Source: a virus (Duplodnaviria > Caudoviricetes). Taken from it: DNA of 59,627 bases. The stretch is taken from positions 1 through 59,627 of the IMG/VR virus record IMGVR_UViG_3300011116_000422. One strand, given 5' to 3'. This document shows positions 28,201 to 37,148 of this stretch, one piece after another. A program made the translations under genes and the position numbers. Position 1 is the first letter of the stretch. Each line of letters begins with the position of its first letter. Under the pieces are notes generated by a model. That model had not been told where the DNA came from, did no database searches, and worked only from the letters and a program-made list of their open reading frames with translations.

Positions 28201-28901
28201 ATTTGAACACCTAATTTTTGTTGTGCTCCCGCGGCAGTATCTCCAGCAGTTTTTGCAAAATCTTTATAAGTTGAGTTTAAAACTCGAACAATTGCGTCTG
28301 CTCGTTCCATTTCAGTTCCGGACTTAATATCCGCCTTTGTCTTTGCATCAAGAACGAAACCAACTCGAGTAAGGGCTCCAAATTGACCATTGAGAGCGAG
28401 CGCTAAACCGTTAGTCATCTGACGGTATTCATCCGCACTTGCTTTAGCGCCCTTTTCAGCAACTACATAGTCAAGAATTGCAGGGGTCATGGTTGCAATT
28501 GCCTTTGAACCAAGGTCAAAAGTTGCTAACTGAGATTGAACAACAGTGATGTTGTCTTTAGATGCAACGGTCATCTGTTCAAGGGCCGCGGCCTGTTGAT
28601 TGAGAATTTTAATCTGGTCTTCTGTTGCTCCGCCTGTTGCAAGCAAAAGCATTCTTAAACGATTTTGTGCGGCTCCGGCTGTTTGTGCGGCTTGAACTGA
28701 ATCTCTACCTAATTTAACAATAAATGTAGCCAATGCACCAACGGCAAGTTTTTTCATTACTCCGCCGAGCATGTCAATTCCGGCACCAGTTTTTTGTGAC
28801 TGAGTATTTAAACGATTAAGAGAATCTGACGCTTGTTTAGCCGAGGTAACAAAAGACCCTGTTGCGAGGGTCATCTCGCCTTTTATATTGTAATCAGCCA
28901 T
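25269..28901 (-). CDS. Tape measure protein with C-terminal LysM domain
   Basis: 1210 aa, Ala-rich helical, ANPIGLIVAAI; LysM KSGDTVSAIA...LNP...IWAG..IKVP. Confidence 0.93.
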   Translation of the reverse strand: MADYNIKGEMTLATGSFVTSAKQASDSLNRLNTQSQKTGAGIDMLGGVMKKLAVGALATFIVKLGRDSVQAAQTAGAAQNRLRMLLLATGGATEDQIKILNQQAAALEQMTVASKDNITVVQSQLATFDLGSKAIATMTPAILDYVVAEKGAKASADEYRQMTNGLALALNGQFGALTRVGFVLDAKTKADIKSGTEMERADAIVRVLNSTYKDFAKTAGDTAAGAQQKLGVQIANLKQAFGEMLLPTIQKVQGFMANQLLPIISGLMDKFKDGTAIQKFITFIGSLLKNIFDFGSALAQIAGPVITDILVPAFLLVGAAIVGVIKTLGKVGTFLKENQGIMVAVSTVIAGAAMGFLIFNAALFAHAAILKVVKTAQMIFTVVQTLMTGGQLAQIASTNALAASMLRLNAVMAANPIGLIVAAIAVLAAGFVVAWNHSETFRKFVIAVGKAGVIAFGYLIEWIGKIAVAMIKVNSGPLRLLLKGLALLKVPGAEAALKGIEGAIDSVGTFFDNAAKSVKGYADNLDGLANKKIQLPSMKMPKMPKAETPKIEMPDISGLDPGNTEATIDEKARKAAAELAAKIAELKSKLKDIVEGYNDFIVNDFAAGFVDGAEKARDTMFKGLDELRKVFDAQQAIFEAQDNTAGLAKVKAEWDKINSYVRSRVAEAMKIAQDLEDVNNQIDEAKQKLEKSMALRAEGANSFAQMLRRPFGQPSEIDKALADGETTIDNIIGMYDKMVEAVNKRFDNLDSGGAQSALLDMLKNDTQKLIDLNVKQKAIVKELEKLQKDYDDIKSKQTSFRESITSSIKSFGSALADLSKSNADTTIKVIKTASGLVITQMSQGSTGVVAIVDKLKSSLKSIQEFTTNIQALLVKGYNKEYVRTLLEAGPEAAGATAALLAQSGVDTMNTVNDLYTQINASSEQFGASMSTTFYDNAVSMAKSLVDGAESKRQDILNQMNLIAKGIQDAFAGMSDVGTKLGEDLIQSAIDKLNKEKARLINLANEIAAAVAAAMANAAAAIGVGGVTSSITLNPGGGSTNGSGGDTASADAQKELDDANAALADAMAELDKSTIDLAKVLDGLTPSTGTKAVSGTKTVTAKSGDTVSAIAKAAGASLATVLALNPKLTEVDKYKNGNMIWAGTTIKVPTAPTVAPSTSFGGFSTDSQNTAKYSTTTIEKGAFSITVPPTTAPADLEPVMTRALLNALSAR

Positions 28902-28904
28902 GCG

Positions 28905-29093
28905 TCACCTCCTGTTTGCTTCTTCTGACTCCCAAGCGCGAACTTGTTCTAGCGCTTCCCATTCCGCCAATTCGATTGCAGAGATTGGGTTATGGGACGG
29001 ACTGCCGTTTAAAAGTTCATCGACAGTCCGACCCAACCTTTGTGCTAATTCGAAGACGAATCTTCTATAACCGTTTCGGACGAATCTTTTCCC
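28905..29093 (-). CDS. -1 frameshift extension of the tail assembly chaperone (gpGT-like)
   Basis: Slippery GGGAAAA at 29087-29093; the -1 frame reads RFVRNGYRRFVFELAQRLGRTVDELL...ELAEW to a TGA just before the tape measure gene. Confidence 0.85.
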   Translation of the reverse strand, partial: GKRFVRNGYRRFVFELAQRLGRTVDELLNGSPSHNPISAIELAEWEALEQVRAWESEEANRR

Positions 29094-29425
29094 AAATCAT
29101 TTGAGGTTTCTGCTAAGAAACCTGAAAGTCGCATACCTACTGTTGCTAGTGCATCAAGTGCGTTTGCAGACTTTGAGAGTAACGCTGTTCGGTCTTCAGG
29201 GGAGAAAATCTTTTCTCCAGTTTCAGCATCGAACGCTGTTGAAATAACAATTTCTGGGTAAACCATTTGCAGGTTCATTCCATCACCGGCTTGGGCAAGG
29301 TCCAAGATACGAGTGCGCTCGGCACCTGTCATACCTCGAACTTCAATTTCGATATTCCATTCCTTAACTTTTACAAGTTCTTTAGGAATGTCATTGCTAT
29401 TTAAAATCTGGTCTCTTAAGGACAC
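29045..29425 (-). CDS. Tail assembly chaperone (gpG-like)
   Basis: V.EW...EVRGMTGAER; between tail tube and tape measure genes. Confidence 0.88.
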   Translation of the reverse strand: MSLRDQILNSNDIPKELVKVKEWNIEIEVRGMTGAERTRILDLAQAGDGMNLQMVYPEIVISTAFDAETGEKIFSPEDRTALLSKSANALDALATVGMRLSGFLAETSNDLGKDSSETVIEDSSSN

Positions 29426-29487
29426 GATTACTCTCTCTTTCGATTGGGTCTCTAGGACTCGGTTATTGGGTTATTAAGTTGTTTTTA

Positions 29488-29904
29488 TTAAGCGTATGTG
29501 CCGCGTGTTACAGCACCTGTTACTTGGAACTGCGCTGTGTAGGAAACGATATCTCCTACGCCGCCCTTTACTTCGTATGAAGTTAGGAATGCAGAACCTG
29601 TGTATTTAGTGTTACCTGCTGTTGAACCTTCCGGTCCATATACAAATGCGCTCGCGGTGTCATTACCGACAATTCCTGAAAGGTATCCATCAACTGTTGC
29701 GTCAAATGAACCTTCTACTGAAATTGTTGAATCTGAGAAACCAATTACATAAGACTTTGATGTTGAACCGAAAGAAGTGGTTTCCAAAGTTTCGATAGAG
29801 CGTGGCATTGTTACTGACTTTAGCGTGTTGCTAATGTCGCGAACAGCCGCGCCGCTATCTGCGATAGTGAACTGCGAGTTTTTACCGTGGCGAAATGTTG
29901 GCAT
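29488..29904 (-). CDS. Major tail tube protein
   Basis: ETTSFG...YVIG, YGPEG, QVTGAVTRG. Confidence 0.85.
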   Translation of the reverse strand: MPTFRHGKNSQFTIADSGAAVRDISNTLKSVTMPRSIETLETTSFGSTSKSYVIGFSDSTISVEGSFDATVDGYLSGIVGNDTASAFVYGPEGSTAGNTKYTGSAFLTSYEVKGGVGDIVSYTAQFQVTGAVTRGTYA

Positions 29905-29905
29905 T

Positions 29906-30652
29906 TTATCTCCTTGCGAATCCAACGGTGATGGTTGCTGAACCTGTTGACCCAGCAAATGAAGATACGTTTGCACGAACGTATCGGGCTACTGTTGTTC
30001 CAGCGGCTACTTCAATTCTTTCTGAAGTAGTTGTTGCTGAAGTTGTTGCTGTAAAAGTAACTAAATCAGTCCATGTTGAGTTATTGGCTGACTGTTGAAC
30101 CTTTACTGTGATTGCACCATTGCGAGTATTAGTCGTAACGTGCAAATGAGCAACACCACCATTTGTGCTTGCGGCGGCATTGTCCACGCCTGTGTTTGCT
30201 ACCACTCCAGTAAGTGCCTGACTTGCGGCTAACAAAACGCCACCATCAAGACCTCCGACTGTTCCGCTTGCTTGCGCTTGAGCAGAAATTGTTACCATAT
30301 CGGCAACAGCGGCTTTGATTTCATAAGAAGTTTCATCTGTATTAATTAACTTTGCACGACGACCCAAAGTAGCGCCTTCTGTTGCAACGGTAATAATTTT
30401 CTTTGTTGTTGATGCAATTGCATTATGAAGAACTGCATCTGAGCCTTCTGTGTCTAGAACACCTGACCAAAGACCTTCGAATGCAACGGTGCCGTCTTTC
30501 ATACCAACTGCGTATGTCTTATTGGCTGAACCAAATGTTGTTGTTTCAACAGCCTCTGCCATTGCAGATGTAGTTGCTGAGTTAAAGTATTGGCTTAAGT
30601 CATACTTATCAAAAATAACAACTGTATTTTTACCATGGCGAAAAGTAGGCAT
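29906..30652 (-). CDS. Second tail-tube paralog with C-terminal extension
   Basis: Same MPTFRHGKN start and ETTTFG motif. Confidence 0.75.
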   Translation of the reverse strand: MPTFRHGKNTVVIFDKYDLSQYFNSATTSAMAEAVETTTFGSANKTYAVGMKDGTVAFEGLWSGVLDTEGSDAVLHNAIASTTKKIITVATEGATLGRRAKLINTDETSYEIKAAVADMVTISAQAQASGTVGGLDGGVLLAASQALTGVVANTGVDNAAASTNGGVAHLHVTTNTRNGAITVKVQQSANNSTWTDLVTFTATTSATTTSERIEVAAGTTVARYVRANVSSFAGSTGSATITVGFARR

Positions 30653-30900
30653 TATTCAGCCTCTCCTTCTTCTGAGGCTTCTTCAGTTACTTCTGCAACT
30701 GGTTCTACAATTTCTACAACAGGAGTTTCCTCAACTACTGGTGTTTCAACTTTTTTTGCTGGCTTGCCTGCGTCTTCAATTAGACCATCTTCAAGAAGCC
30801 ATTTAATTGCGTCGCCGGGCAGGTCAGAAACAATTTCGCCTGCTTCGGCTCGCTTGTTAGGTGGGTAATCAATACCAACCAATGCGCGATACTGTGCCAT
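30652..30900 (-). CDS. Small virion-region protein
   Basis: YRALVGIDYPP...WLLE.GLIE; AAGGAGG RBS. Confidence 0.75.
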   Translation of the reverse strand: MAQYRALVGIDYPPNKRAEAGEIVSDLPGDAIKWLLEDGLIEDAGKPAKKVETPVVEETPVVEIVEPVAEVTEEASEEGEAE

Positions 30901-30996
30901 TCTGCCTCCTTTGGACAGGTAGGACCCCAGTGCCGAATAGGACTCTTGGTCACGACAACGGTTGGGGTCTCTAAGGACTCGTTCGAATAAATGTTA

Positions 30997-31296
30997 TCAT
31001 TCGTCTTGTTTATTTAAACGTTCCCGCTCCGCACGTTCTTGTTGAACCATTGCTAATGTTAAGAAATATCCAATGCCGTCAACAGTGTTATCTAATTTAG
31101 TTCTATGAACTTCGCGTCCTATCTTGACCCCAATCATGCAAAGCGCAACTTGTTCCGCTGTTACTGGAGCGTCAAGAATCACTTCCCATATCCGGGCTAT
31201 GCGATTGAAATTATCTAACGGGTGGTCGTAATCTTCGTTTCGGTCTTTTTGAACCAATTGAGCCGCATAGGCGGCAATATCGTCAACGCTCATCAT
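30997..31296 (-). CDS. DUF6378-like protein
   Basis: DR..DY.HP.DNF.RIA..W, VALCM..VK.GR, DN.VD..GY. Confidence 0.8.
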   Translation of the reverse strand: MMSVDDIAAYAAQLVQKDRNEDYDHPLDNFNRIARIWEVILDAPVTAEQVALCMIGVKIGREVHRTKLDNTVDGIGYFLTLAMVQQERAERERLNKQDE

Positions 31297-32492
31297 AGGA
31301 TTTGGAGGTCCTTCACTTTTATTTCCGGATACGTCGCGAACGTTAGAACTCCGGGTTGACTGTGTTCTCCTGTTGTTTGCCTGAACCATTCCGAACCTCC
31401 GTCTAATGCCGGGGCTTGAAGCCAATGAACGCTTCCCCAATCGGCTTGCCGTAAATGATGATAATGACCAGTCACTAAAATGTCACACTCGCCAATTGGC
31501 TGACGTCCCAGAGACATTCTGCTTAACCAACTTTTTAATTTTTGTTCAGCAGTCCCATTTGAACGAGCAGTATGACCATGAGTTAACCCAAGAATCCACC
31601 CCGCCGTTTCGACCGTGAGCGAAAGATGGTCCGGCGCAATAATCGTTTCAACATGACCATAGGTGTCGGGGTTGAACTCAAGGGCGTCTTTGATTTGGTC
31701 AATAACAGCAAGGTCATCATTGTCTGCAAGGGTTGTGAAGGCTTTGCCTGCTTTCGAACGATTCTCACCATGGTTGCCTCCTACTGCAACAATTCTTACT
31801 TTTTCAAAATGCGGCGCCCATTGACGGATTGCCTCGAGGAGTAAGGTGCGAACTGCATTGACTTGTCCTCGTCTATCTAAATCAACTGAGAAGGTCTGCA
31901 TTTCATAGTGTCCTAAACAGCCCTCAACGCTGTCTCCGGTCCAGATAATTTGTAGGGTTCCTAGAGGTCGTTTTAATCTCTTTAACTCCTCTACGCGGCT
32001 CAGAACGGCTGTGATGGCATTTAAAACTCTCTGAGCGGTAGCAGGTGTTCCGCCGCCTTCATTCTTTCCCATTTGCCAATCTGCAAGAACTACATTGAAG
32101 ACACCATCCCCATACATAACTTGGGTTTTGTTTCTTTTATGTTTTTTGATTTCTTCTTTTAAGATATCTAAGTTGTAATCCGTTTTTGCATCTTGGATAC
32201 GAACTACTTTTCCTTTCCACTGGCGATTTAGTGCGCCAAGCGGGTCGCCCCATACGTTAAATAAAACGGGTTCAACTACTGCAAAAAATTCTGGGTCTAA
32301 TCCCCACATGCGAAGAACGCCTGACCAATCAGGAGCAATTTCACCTTCCATCGGAAGGGTTGTTACTTCGCCTTCATCGCCCTTCCATTCAATACCCGGA
32401 ATCCATTGAGCCTTGCGGTCTCTTTTGGGAGGTTCGTGTTCTTCTTGTTCGGCTTTACCGACAAGAGCATTAACGCGGTCCTCAAATGTCAT
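31293..32492 (-). CDS. Metallophosphoesterase (calcineurin-like)
   Basis: ADWQ.GK, GDSVEG, GGNHGE, THGH, GHYHH. Confidence 0.9.
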   Translation of the reverse strand: MTFEDRVNALVGKAEQEEHEPPKRDRKAQWIPGIEWKGDEGEVTTLPMEGEIAPDWSGVLRMWGLDPEFFAVVEPVLFNVWGDPLGALNRQWKGKVVRIQDAKTDYNLDILKEEIKKHKRNKTQVMYGDGVFNVVLADWQMGKNEGGGTPATAQRVLNAITAVLSRVEELKRLKRPLGTLQIIWTGDSVEGCLGHYEMQTFSVDLDRRGQVNAVRTLLLEAIRQWAPHFEKVRIVAVGGNHGENRSKAGKAFTTLADNDDLAVIDQIKDALEFNPDTYGHVETIIAPDHLSLTVETAGWILGLTHGHTARSNGTAEQKLKSWLSRMSLGRQPIGECDILVTGHYHHLRQADWGSVHWLQAPALDGGSEWFRQTTGEHSQPGVLTFATYPEIKVKDLQIL

Positions 32493-32833
32493 TTATCGCA
32501 CCGACATCCACGCGCTCGGTGTCGGCGCATTGTTGCCTCACTCATTTTGTAACCTTCGGCTTCGCAAAGTCTGACCAAATCAACATGTCGGATTCTTTTA
32601 TCAGCGAGCGCTGTGTGAAGCAATAATGATTCTTCGTTACTCAAATTAGCAAGCACTTGTCCAACAAAGCATTCTTGTCCTGCAAATACTTTTGGATTGT
32701 TTACAAGTTTAGTTAGGCCGTCCTTAAATGTGCTGGTTGACTGCTTTGCACCGCGAGCACTTGAGGGAGTATGGGACGGTGAGATACTCTGCGAGTATTC
32801 TGCCGCATCTCCAGCATTTAGGGAGTTCGTCAC
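32489..32833 (-). CDS. Small HTH/Zn protein
   Basis: MSEATMRRHRARGCRC. Confidence 0.7.
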   Translation of the reverse strand: MTNSLNAGDAAEYSQSISPSHTPSSARGAKQSTSTFKDGLTKLVNNPKVFAGQECFVGQVLANLSNEESLLLHTALADKRIRHVDLVRLCEAEGYKMSEATMRRHRARGCRCDK

Positions 32834-32878
32834 GATTTGAGCCCCTTCCGTATGGGTCCTTTATAGGCTCGCTCATCG

Positions 32879-33274
32879 TTATCTTTCTACATACGCTTGA
32901 AAGTTAGCGGCAATGCGTGGCCTATCTTTGTCGTCCAAGCCTAAAGGAATAGTTGAACCTAGGGAAGCGACACGCAAGACTTTCGTTGAAGAAATCGTAA
33001 CGTCCGTTATATCGGAAAGAATGTCTTTAATTGATTTTGCACCATCGCGAGCGGTTGGATAATCGTCGCGACCACCTCTTACAACTACTTGAATACGAGG
33101 CATATCAATATCGTAAGGATTACCACCAAAAGATTCAGTCGGAGCCATGCCTTCGTATTCATATAAACAAATACAGTAATCCGGAGATGCTGGCATTTTG
33201 CCTAAAAAGATATTAGTTCCCAAAGTGCCTATGGAATTAGTTTGCAGGTAATCACCTAGCGCTTCAAGTATCAA
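32879..33274 (-). CDS. Tail terminator / minor capsid family protein
   Basis: IFLGKMP..PD, PRIQVVVRG, LGLD.KDRP...NF. Confidence 0.8.
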   Translation of the reverse strand: MILEALGDYLQTNSIGTLGTNIFLGKMPASPDYCICLYEYEGMAPTESFGGNPYDIDMPRIQVVVRGGRDDYPTARDGAKSIKDILSDITDVTISSTKVLRVASLGSTIPLGLDDKDRPRIAANFQAYVER

Positions 33275-33669
33275 CGTAACATCCCTTTCGTAGCCCGCTC
33301 AACTTTATCAGCAATGCGCCCACTTATGCCGTTAACCTGACGGGTCATAGGGTCTTCTAAATACTTTGCTTTACCATGAGGGTGATTTGCTTCAAGATTT
33401 TCGTGAACGTAAATTGAGTATTCGGTAGCGGTTCCACCATAGGTAAGTTCTACATAAACCTCGCCCCCGCGGGTGAAGACTCCGGTTTCAGGTCTAACGC
33501 GTCCAGAGGCTTTTAGCGCTCCAGTATCTACTGGGACTTCATCTTGAGACGCGGCAAAAGCATCTTGTGCTTCACTGCGCAAAGCCATAGCCGCAACTTT
33601 TGCTCCGGCTGGTCCTGATTCTGCTAAGGCTTTTTGAATTCTTTCAAGGTCCGGGAATATGATTTTCAT
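33271..33669 (-). CDS. HK97 gp10-like neck protein
   Basis: VPVDTGALKASG, YVHE, AKYLEDP. Confidence 0.85.
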   Translation of the reverse strand: MKIIFPDLERIQKALAESGPAGAKVAAMALRSEAQDAFAASQDEVPVDTGALKASGRVRPETGVFTRGGEVYVELTYGGTATEYSIYVHENLEANHPHGKAKYLEDPMTRQVNGISGRIADKVERATKGMLR

Positions 33670-34028
33670 TAAACACCAAAATGAACAACCGTGTGATGAT
33701 TTCCACCAGTATCTTTTTTAGTCTCTAGCCCAACTATGACGGGCGAAGTTGAGTTAGGCAAAGTTATTTTGTCGCCAAGAGTCAAAGCGGCATAAGGACC
33801 ATAGAGAATTACTCGACCAGTAGAAACAATATCCTGCCCATCAATATCTTTCATAAGACGAGTTTCATAAATAACGCGACCTCTGGCAGTAGTTACTGAA
33901 CCGCCATAAGTGCGCTTGCCATATTTATCAATTGCAGACCCGGCGTTAAAAGTAATTGTGTCAGGCATCATTTCATAAAATTTAGCGTCGATACCTTCAG
34001 GCCCTTGCCATGTAGTAGGTAGCGCCAT
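33669..34028 (-). CDS. Head-closure protein
   Basis: D.YG motif, DKITLP; neck position. Confidence 0.7.
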   Translation of the reverse strand: MALPTTWQGPEGIDAKFYEMMPDTITFNAGSAIDKYGKRTYGGSVTTARGRVIYETRLMKDIDGQDIVSTGRVILYGPYAALTLGDKITLPNSTSPVIVGLETKKDTGGNHHTVVHFGV

Positions 34029-34465
34029 TATTGCTGACTTGTTTCCGACGTATCTGAACGAGGGTTATCCATTTGACCAAGATGTGCGTCTGTATTGTAA
34101 GTAGATACATTTCGGTCCGCTGTTGATTTAAGAGAATCTGCATTTGCTACCCATGAAGGCGCATAACGACGCATACGGTTTACACGAAGACTTGTGGCAA
34201 GCGCTGAAAAACGCTGTGACTGTGTTGAGAAAGTTTCGTTTAATGATAGGTCGCCAACAGATTTTGAATAATCGGCCTTGTGAGCATATTGACCAGCAAG
34301 GACATCGGCGGCATTTGCGGCGGCATCATAAACATCTGCCCATTCCGAGATAAGCCAATTGATTTCCTCGTCGGTCATGTGAGGGGCGGTTGAATCTGTA
34401 TCTTGAATAAGGAAGCGCACCTTATCGCGGTCTGAGGTCGCAGGTCCTACATAGGTAAAAGTCAT
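34028..34465 (-). CDS. Head-tail adaptor
   Basis: DKVRFLIQDTD...DEEI.W, KSVGDLS. Confidence 0.8.
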   Translation of the reverse strand: MTFTYVGPATSDRDKVRFLIQDTDSTAPHMTDEEINWLISEWADVYDAAANAADVLAGQYAHKADYSKSVGDLSLNETFSTQSQRFSALATSLRVNRMRRYAPSWVANADSLKSTADRNVSTYNTDAHLGQMDNPRSDTSETSQQ

Positions 34466-34533
34466 AATCAAATACTACACGCCTACCCCTTACTTGCCTT
34501 GAAGTCGCGCCGACACAAGAGTAGGCTGGTTTT

Positions 34534-35085
34534 ATGATTATTCAAGATGATGAGTTTTTAAGCCTTCAAGAGCAAATCTCTTACAAAGAAAAACTACTTG
34601 GATTGAGCCTGTGGGCATTTAATCAAGGCACTAATCAGGAACGGCCTACGAGAGAATCTCTTAGAACCGATTTAAGTTTTCAGTTTGTTTCTCCTATGTG
34701 GGAAGAACATCCTATGTTTGATTTAACAAAGGATGTATTTTTTCGTTTTATCTCTAAACATCAAATACCTTATCAAAAGACTACCCGAATCAAATCCAAC
34801 ATAAGCACTCGGAGAGCAACATACGAGTATGGAGCGCCTCATGTGGACCAAGATTACGACCATAAGGTTTTCTTATATTATGTAAATGATTCAGATGGAG
34901 ATACTGTCTTCTTTAAGCAACATTGGCACCAAGGTATTGAAATAAACGAACAAGATTTAGTAGAAGAATTAAGAGTCGCACCAAAAATGGGTCTTGGGGT
35001 TGTCTTTAATGGATTTCAATATCACGCCGCTACGCCACCTGTAATTAATGATTACAGGTGCGTAATTAATATCGACTTTAATTAA
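34534..35085 (+). CDS. 2OG-Fe(II) oxygenase
   Basis: PHVD, LYYVNDSDGDTVFF, FNG..YHA, R.VINI. Confidence 0.85.
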   Translation: MIIQDDEFLSLQEQISYKEKLLGLSLWAFNQGTNQERPTRESLRTDLSFQFVSPMWEEHPMFDLTKDVFFRFISKHQIPYQKTTRIKSNISTRRATYEYGAPHVDQDYDHKVFLYYVNDSDGDTVFFKQHWHQGIEINEQDLVEELRVAPKMGLGVVFNGFQYHAATPPVINDYRCVINIDFN

Positions 35086-35798
35086 TCCATTAAGTTATTT
35101 TGTATCTCTCGAGAAAGCATTTTATTTAAACCATTAGACTTAAACTTATTGTATAAATAAGGTAATCCTCTATTTGGGTTGTGTCTTTTATAGCCAATAC
35201 AATCTTGTGAGATTTGCATTATTTTTGGAGTTAAGTCAAAACGCTTTAATGTAACTGGCTTGTTGCTATCAAACTTAACATAAGCAAATGGGTCGCCTCG
35301 TTTAACTGTAAATACTTCTGTGCCTTTATGTAATTGGATTGCGGCTTCTAAAGGTCTAAACCAAGAATTAATATCAAAAGAACCCGGAACATAATTTCCT
35401 GCAAAGTTTGGTTTGTGAAGATAAGATGGCGATGAAGTAATCATCATTGGTTCATCACACCAAAATATCCAGTTATTTAAAAGTGAAATTGTGTAAGCGT
35501 CAATCATAGATGCTTTTTTTAAACCAACAAAAGGAAGCATTTGTCTATCATTTTGGTCTAAACCTACAATTCCAAAATCTTTAACTATGGCAAAACTAAC
35601 CCCAATAGGAAATCTCAAAATAAAAGTGTTTTTTACGGAATTCAAAAAGGCGTGGCATTGATACCAGTTATCACCTTTGTTCTCTTTATTATGAAAAGGT
35701 TTAAGGTCTGCAAGTAAAGAGTCGGGAGTTTCATACAATAGATGATTGGTTGAGTAAAGAGGTTCGGGATACCAAGGAGACCAATAGATAGTAGTCAT
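35082..35798 (-). CDS. Hypothetical protein, dUTPase-like beta fold
   Basis: CHAF, PGSFDI.SWFRP, KRGDP..YV.F. Confidence 0.65.
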   Translation of the reverse strand: MTTIYWSPWYPEPLYSTNHLLYETPDSLLADLKPFHNKENKGDNWYQCHAFLNSVKNTFILRFPIGVSFAIVKDFGIVGLDQNDRQMLPFVGLKKASMIDAYTISLLNNWIFWCDEPMMITSSPSYLHKPNFAGNYVPGSFDINSWFRPLEAAIQLHKGTEVFTVKRGDPFAYVKFDSNKPVTLKRFDLTPKIMQISQDCIGYKRHNPNRGLPYLYNKFKSNGLNKMLSREIQNNLMD

Positions 35799-35835
35799 AC
35801 TTGTATCATATCCCCTTATGGGTTAGACTCGCAAT

Positions 35836-36435
35836 ATGACTAAAGAGATTGATTATGTTTTTTGTCTATCTGGTTTGAACTTTTCAGACCATTATTTAAA
35901 CTCTTGGACCAAATCTTTAGTAATGCTTCAAAATGATTTAAAATGTTCTTTCACTTGGGAGATATTTTATTGTGCCGTGGTTTCTGAAACTCGTAATGTA
36001 TTAATACAAAGAGCATTAAAACATAACCCTAAAAAGATTATATTTATTGACGATGATATGGTTTGGGAAGCAGAAGATTTAAAAGAATTAATAACTTCAG
36101 AAAATAAAATAAATACTGGATTTTATTTAAATAGACATAACTTAGTAGTGGCTGTATCTAATCATAATTTTTTAACTCAAGAGGATATAGGTAAAGCGAC
36201 AGGCCCTATTGAATTAGAATCTGTTGGGCTTGGGTTTATAGCAATTGAAAGTAAAGTATTTGAAGCAACTCCTTATCCTTGGTTTCAATCAGGTCACTAC
36301 GAAAATGGACAGGCTTATGGAGAAGATTATTATTTCTGTAAAAAAATTACAGACTTTGGTTTTAAAGTTTTAGGTAATCCTAAAATTAAAGTTGGACACG
36401 AAAAGAAAACAATTTATAAATGGGGAGAAAAGTGA
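35836..36435 (+). CDS. Glycosyltransferase family 2
   Basis: RN.L, FIDDDM, GLGF, PWF, GEDYYFC, VGHEK. Confidence 0.85.
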   Translation: MTKEIDYVFCLSGLNFSDHYLNSWTKSLVMLQNDLKCSFTWEIFYCAVVSETRNVLIQRALKHNPKKIIFIDDDMVWEAEDLKELITSENKINTGFYLNRHNLVVAVSNHNFLTQEDIGKATGPIELESVGLGFIAIESKVFEATPYPWFQSGHYENGQAYGEDYYFCKKITDFGFKVLGNPKIKVGHEKKTIYKWGEK

Positions 36436-37148
36436 AACGATTTAAAAATAGCAAATTACCTGTTATTAAGTTTGCTAGCGATGAAATTGATGTGCACGAT
36501 ATTCCCAAACCTTCTAAATTAAGCGTTCCTGACTGGTATAAAAATAACAGTTTAAACTTTGAAGGCACAAATAATTTAATTCCTGAAGGAAACATTAGTC
36601 ATACTTTTAAAAGATGTGTTCCATTTCTTGATTGCTTAACAAGTGGTTATATTGCAGAGTTATGGAGTGATGTAATCGTTCGAAAAGACCCAACAGGTAA
36701 ATCTACTTTTGAGTGGAGAACAGGTCGTGCTGTTCTTGAAGAACGACCATTACAAACATCTCTTGAATTGCCCGTGCCAGCAGGACATTCAATTCAACGC
36801 CTTGCTTGGAAAGTGCCTTATTATTTACAAACATCAAAAGGTTACAGTGCGTTAATTACTCACCCTTTAAATCGTTTTGATTTACCTTTTACTACTTTAT
36901 CTGGAATTGTGGACACAGATGAAGTTATGTATGCAGGGAATATTCCTTTTTTTATTCGAGCAGATTTTGAAGGAATTATTTTAAAAGGAACTCCTATTTA
37001 TCAAATAATTCCATTTCGTAGAGAGGATTGGACTTCACAACAAGATGTTGAAATTATTAATCAAGGACACATTAATCATAGGCGTTCATTTTCGGTTATG
37101 AATGGCTGGTATAAACGAAATGTTTGGAGTCGAAAAAATTATTTATAA
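36432..37148 (+). CDS. Hypothetical protein, dUTPase-like / DUF6065-like
   Basis: PDWYK, KRCVPFLD...GY, GYS.L..HP, GIVDTD, GTPIYQIIPF.R. Confidence 0.7.
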   Translation: MKRFKNSKLPVIKFASDEIDVHDIPKPSKLSVPDWYKNNSLNFEGTNNLIPEGNISHTFKRCVPFLDCLTSGYIAELWSDVIVRKDPTGKSTFEWRTGRAVLEERPLQTSLELPVPAGHSIQRLAWKVPYYLQTSKGYSALITHPLNRFDLPFTTLSGIVDTDEVMYAGNIPFFIRADFEGIILKGTPIYQIIPFRREDWTSQQDVEIINQGHINHRRSFSVMNGWYKRNVWSRKNYL

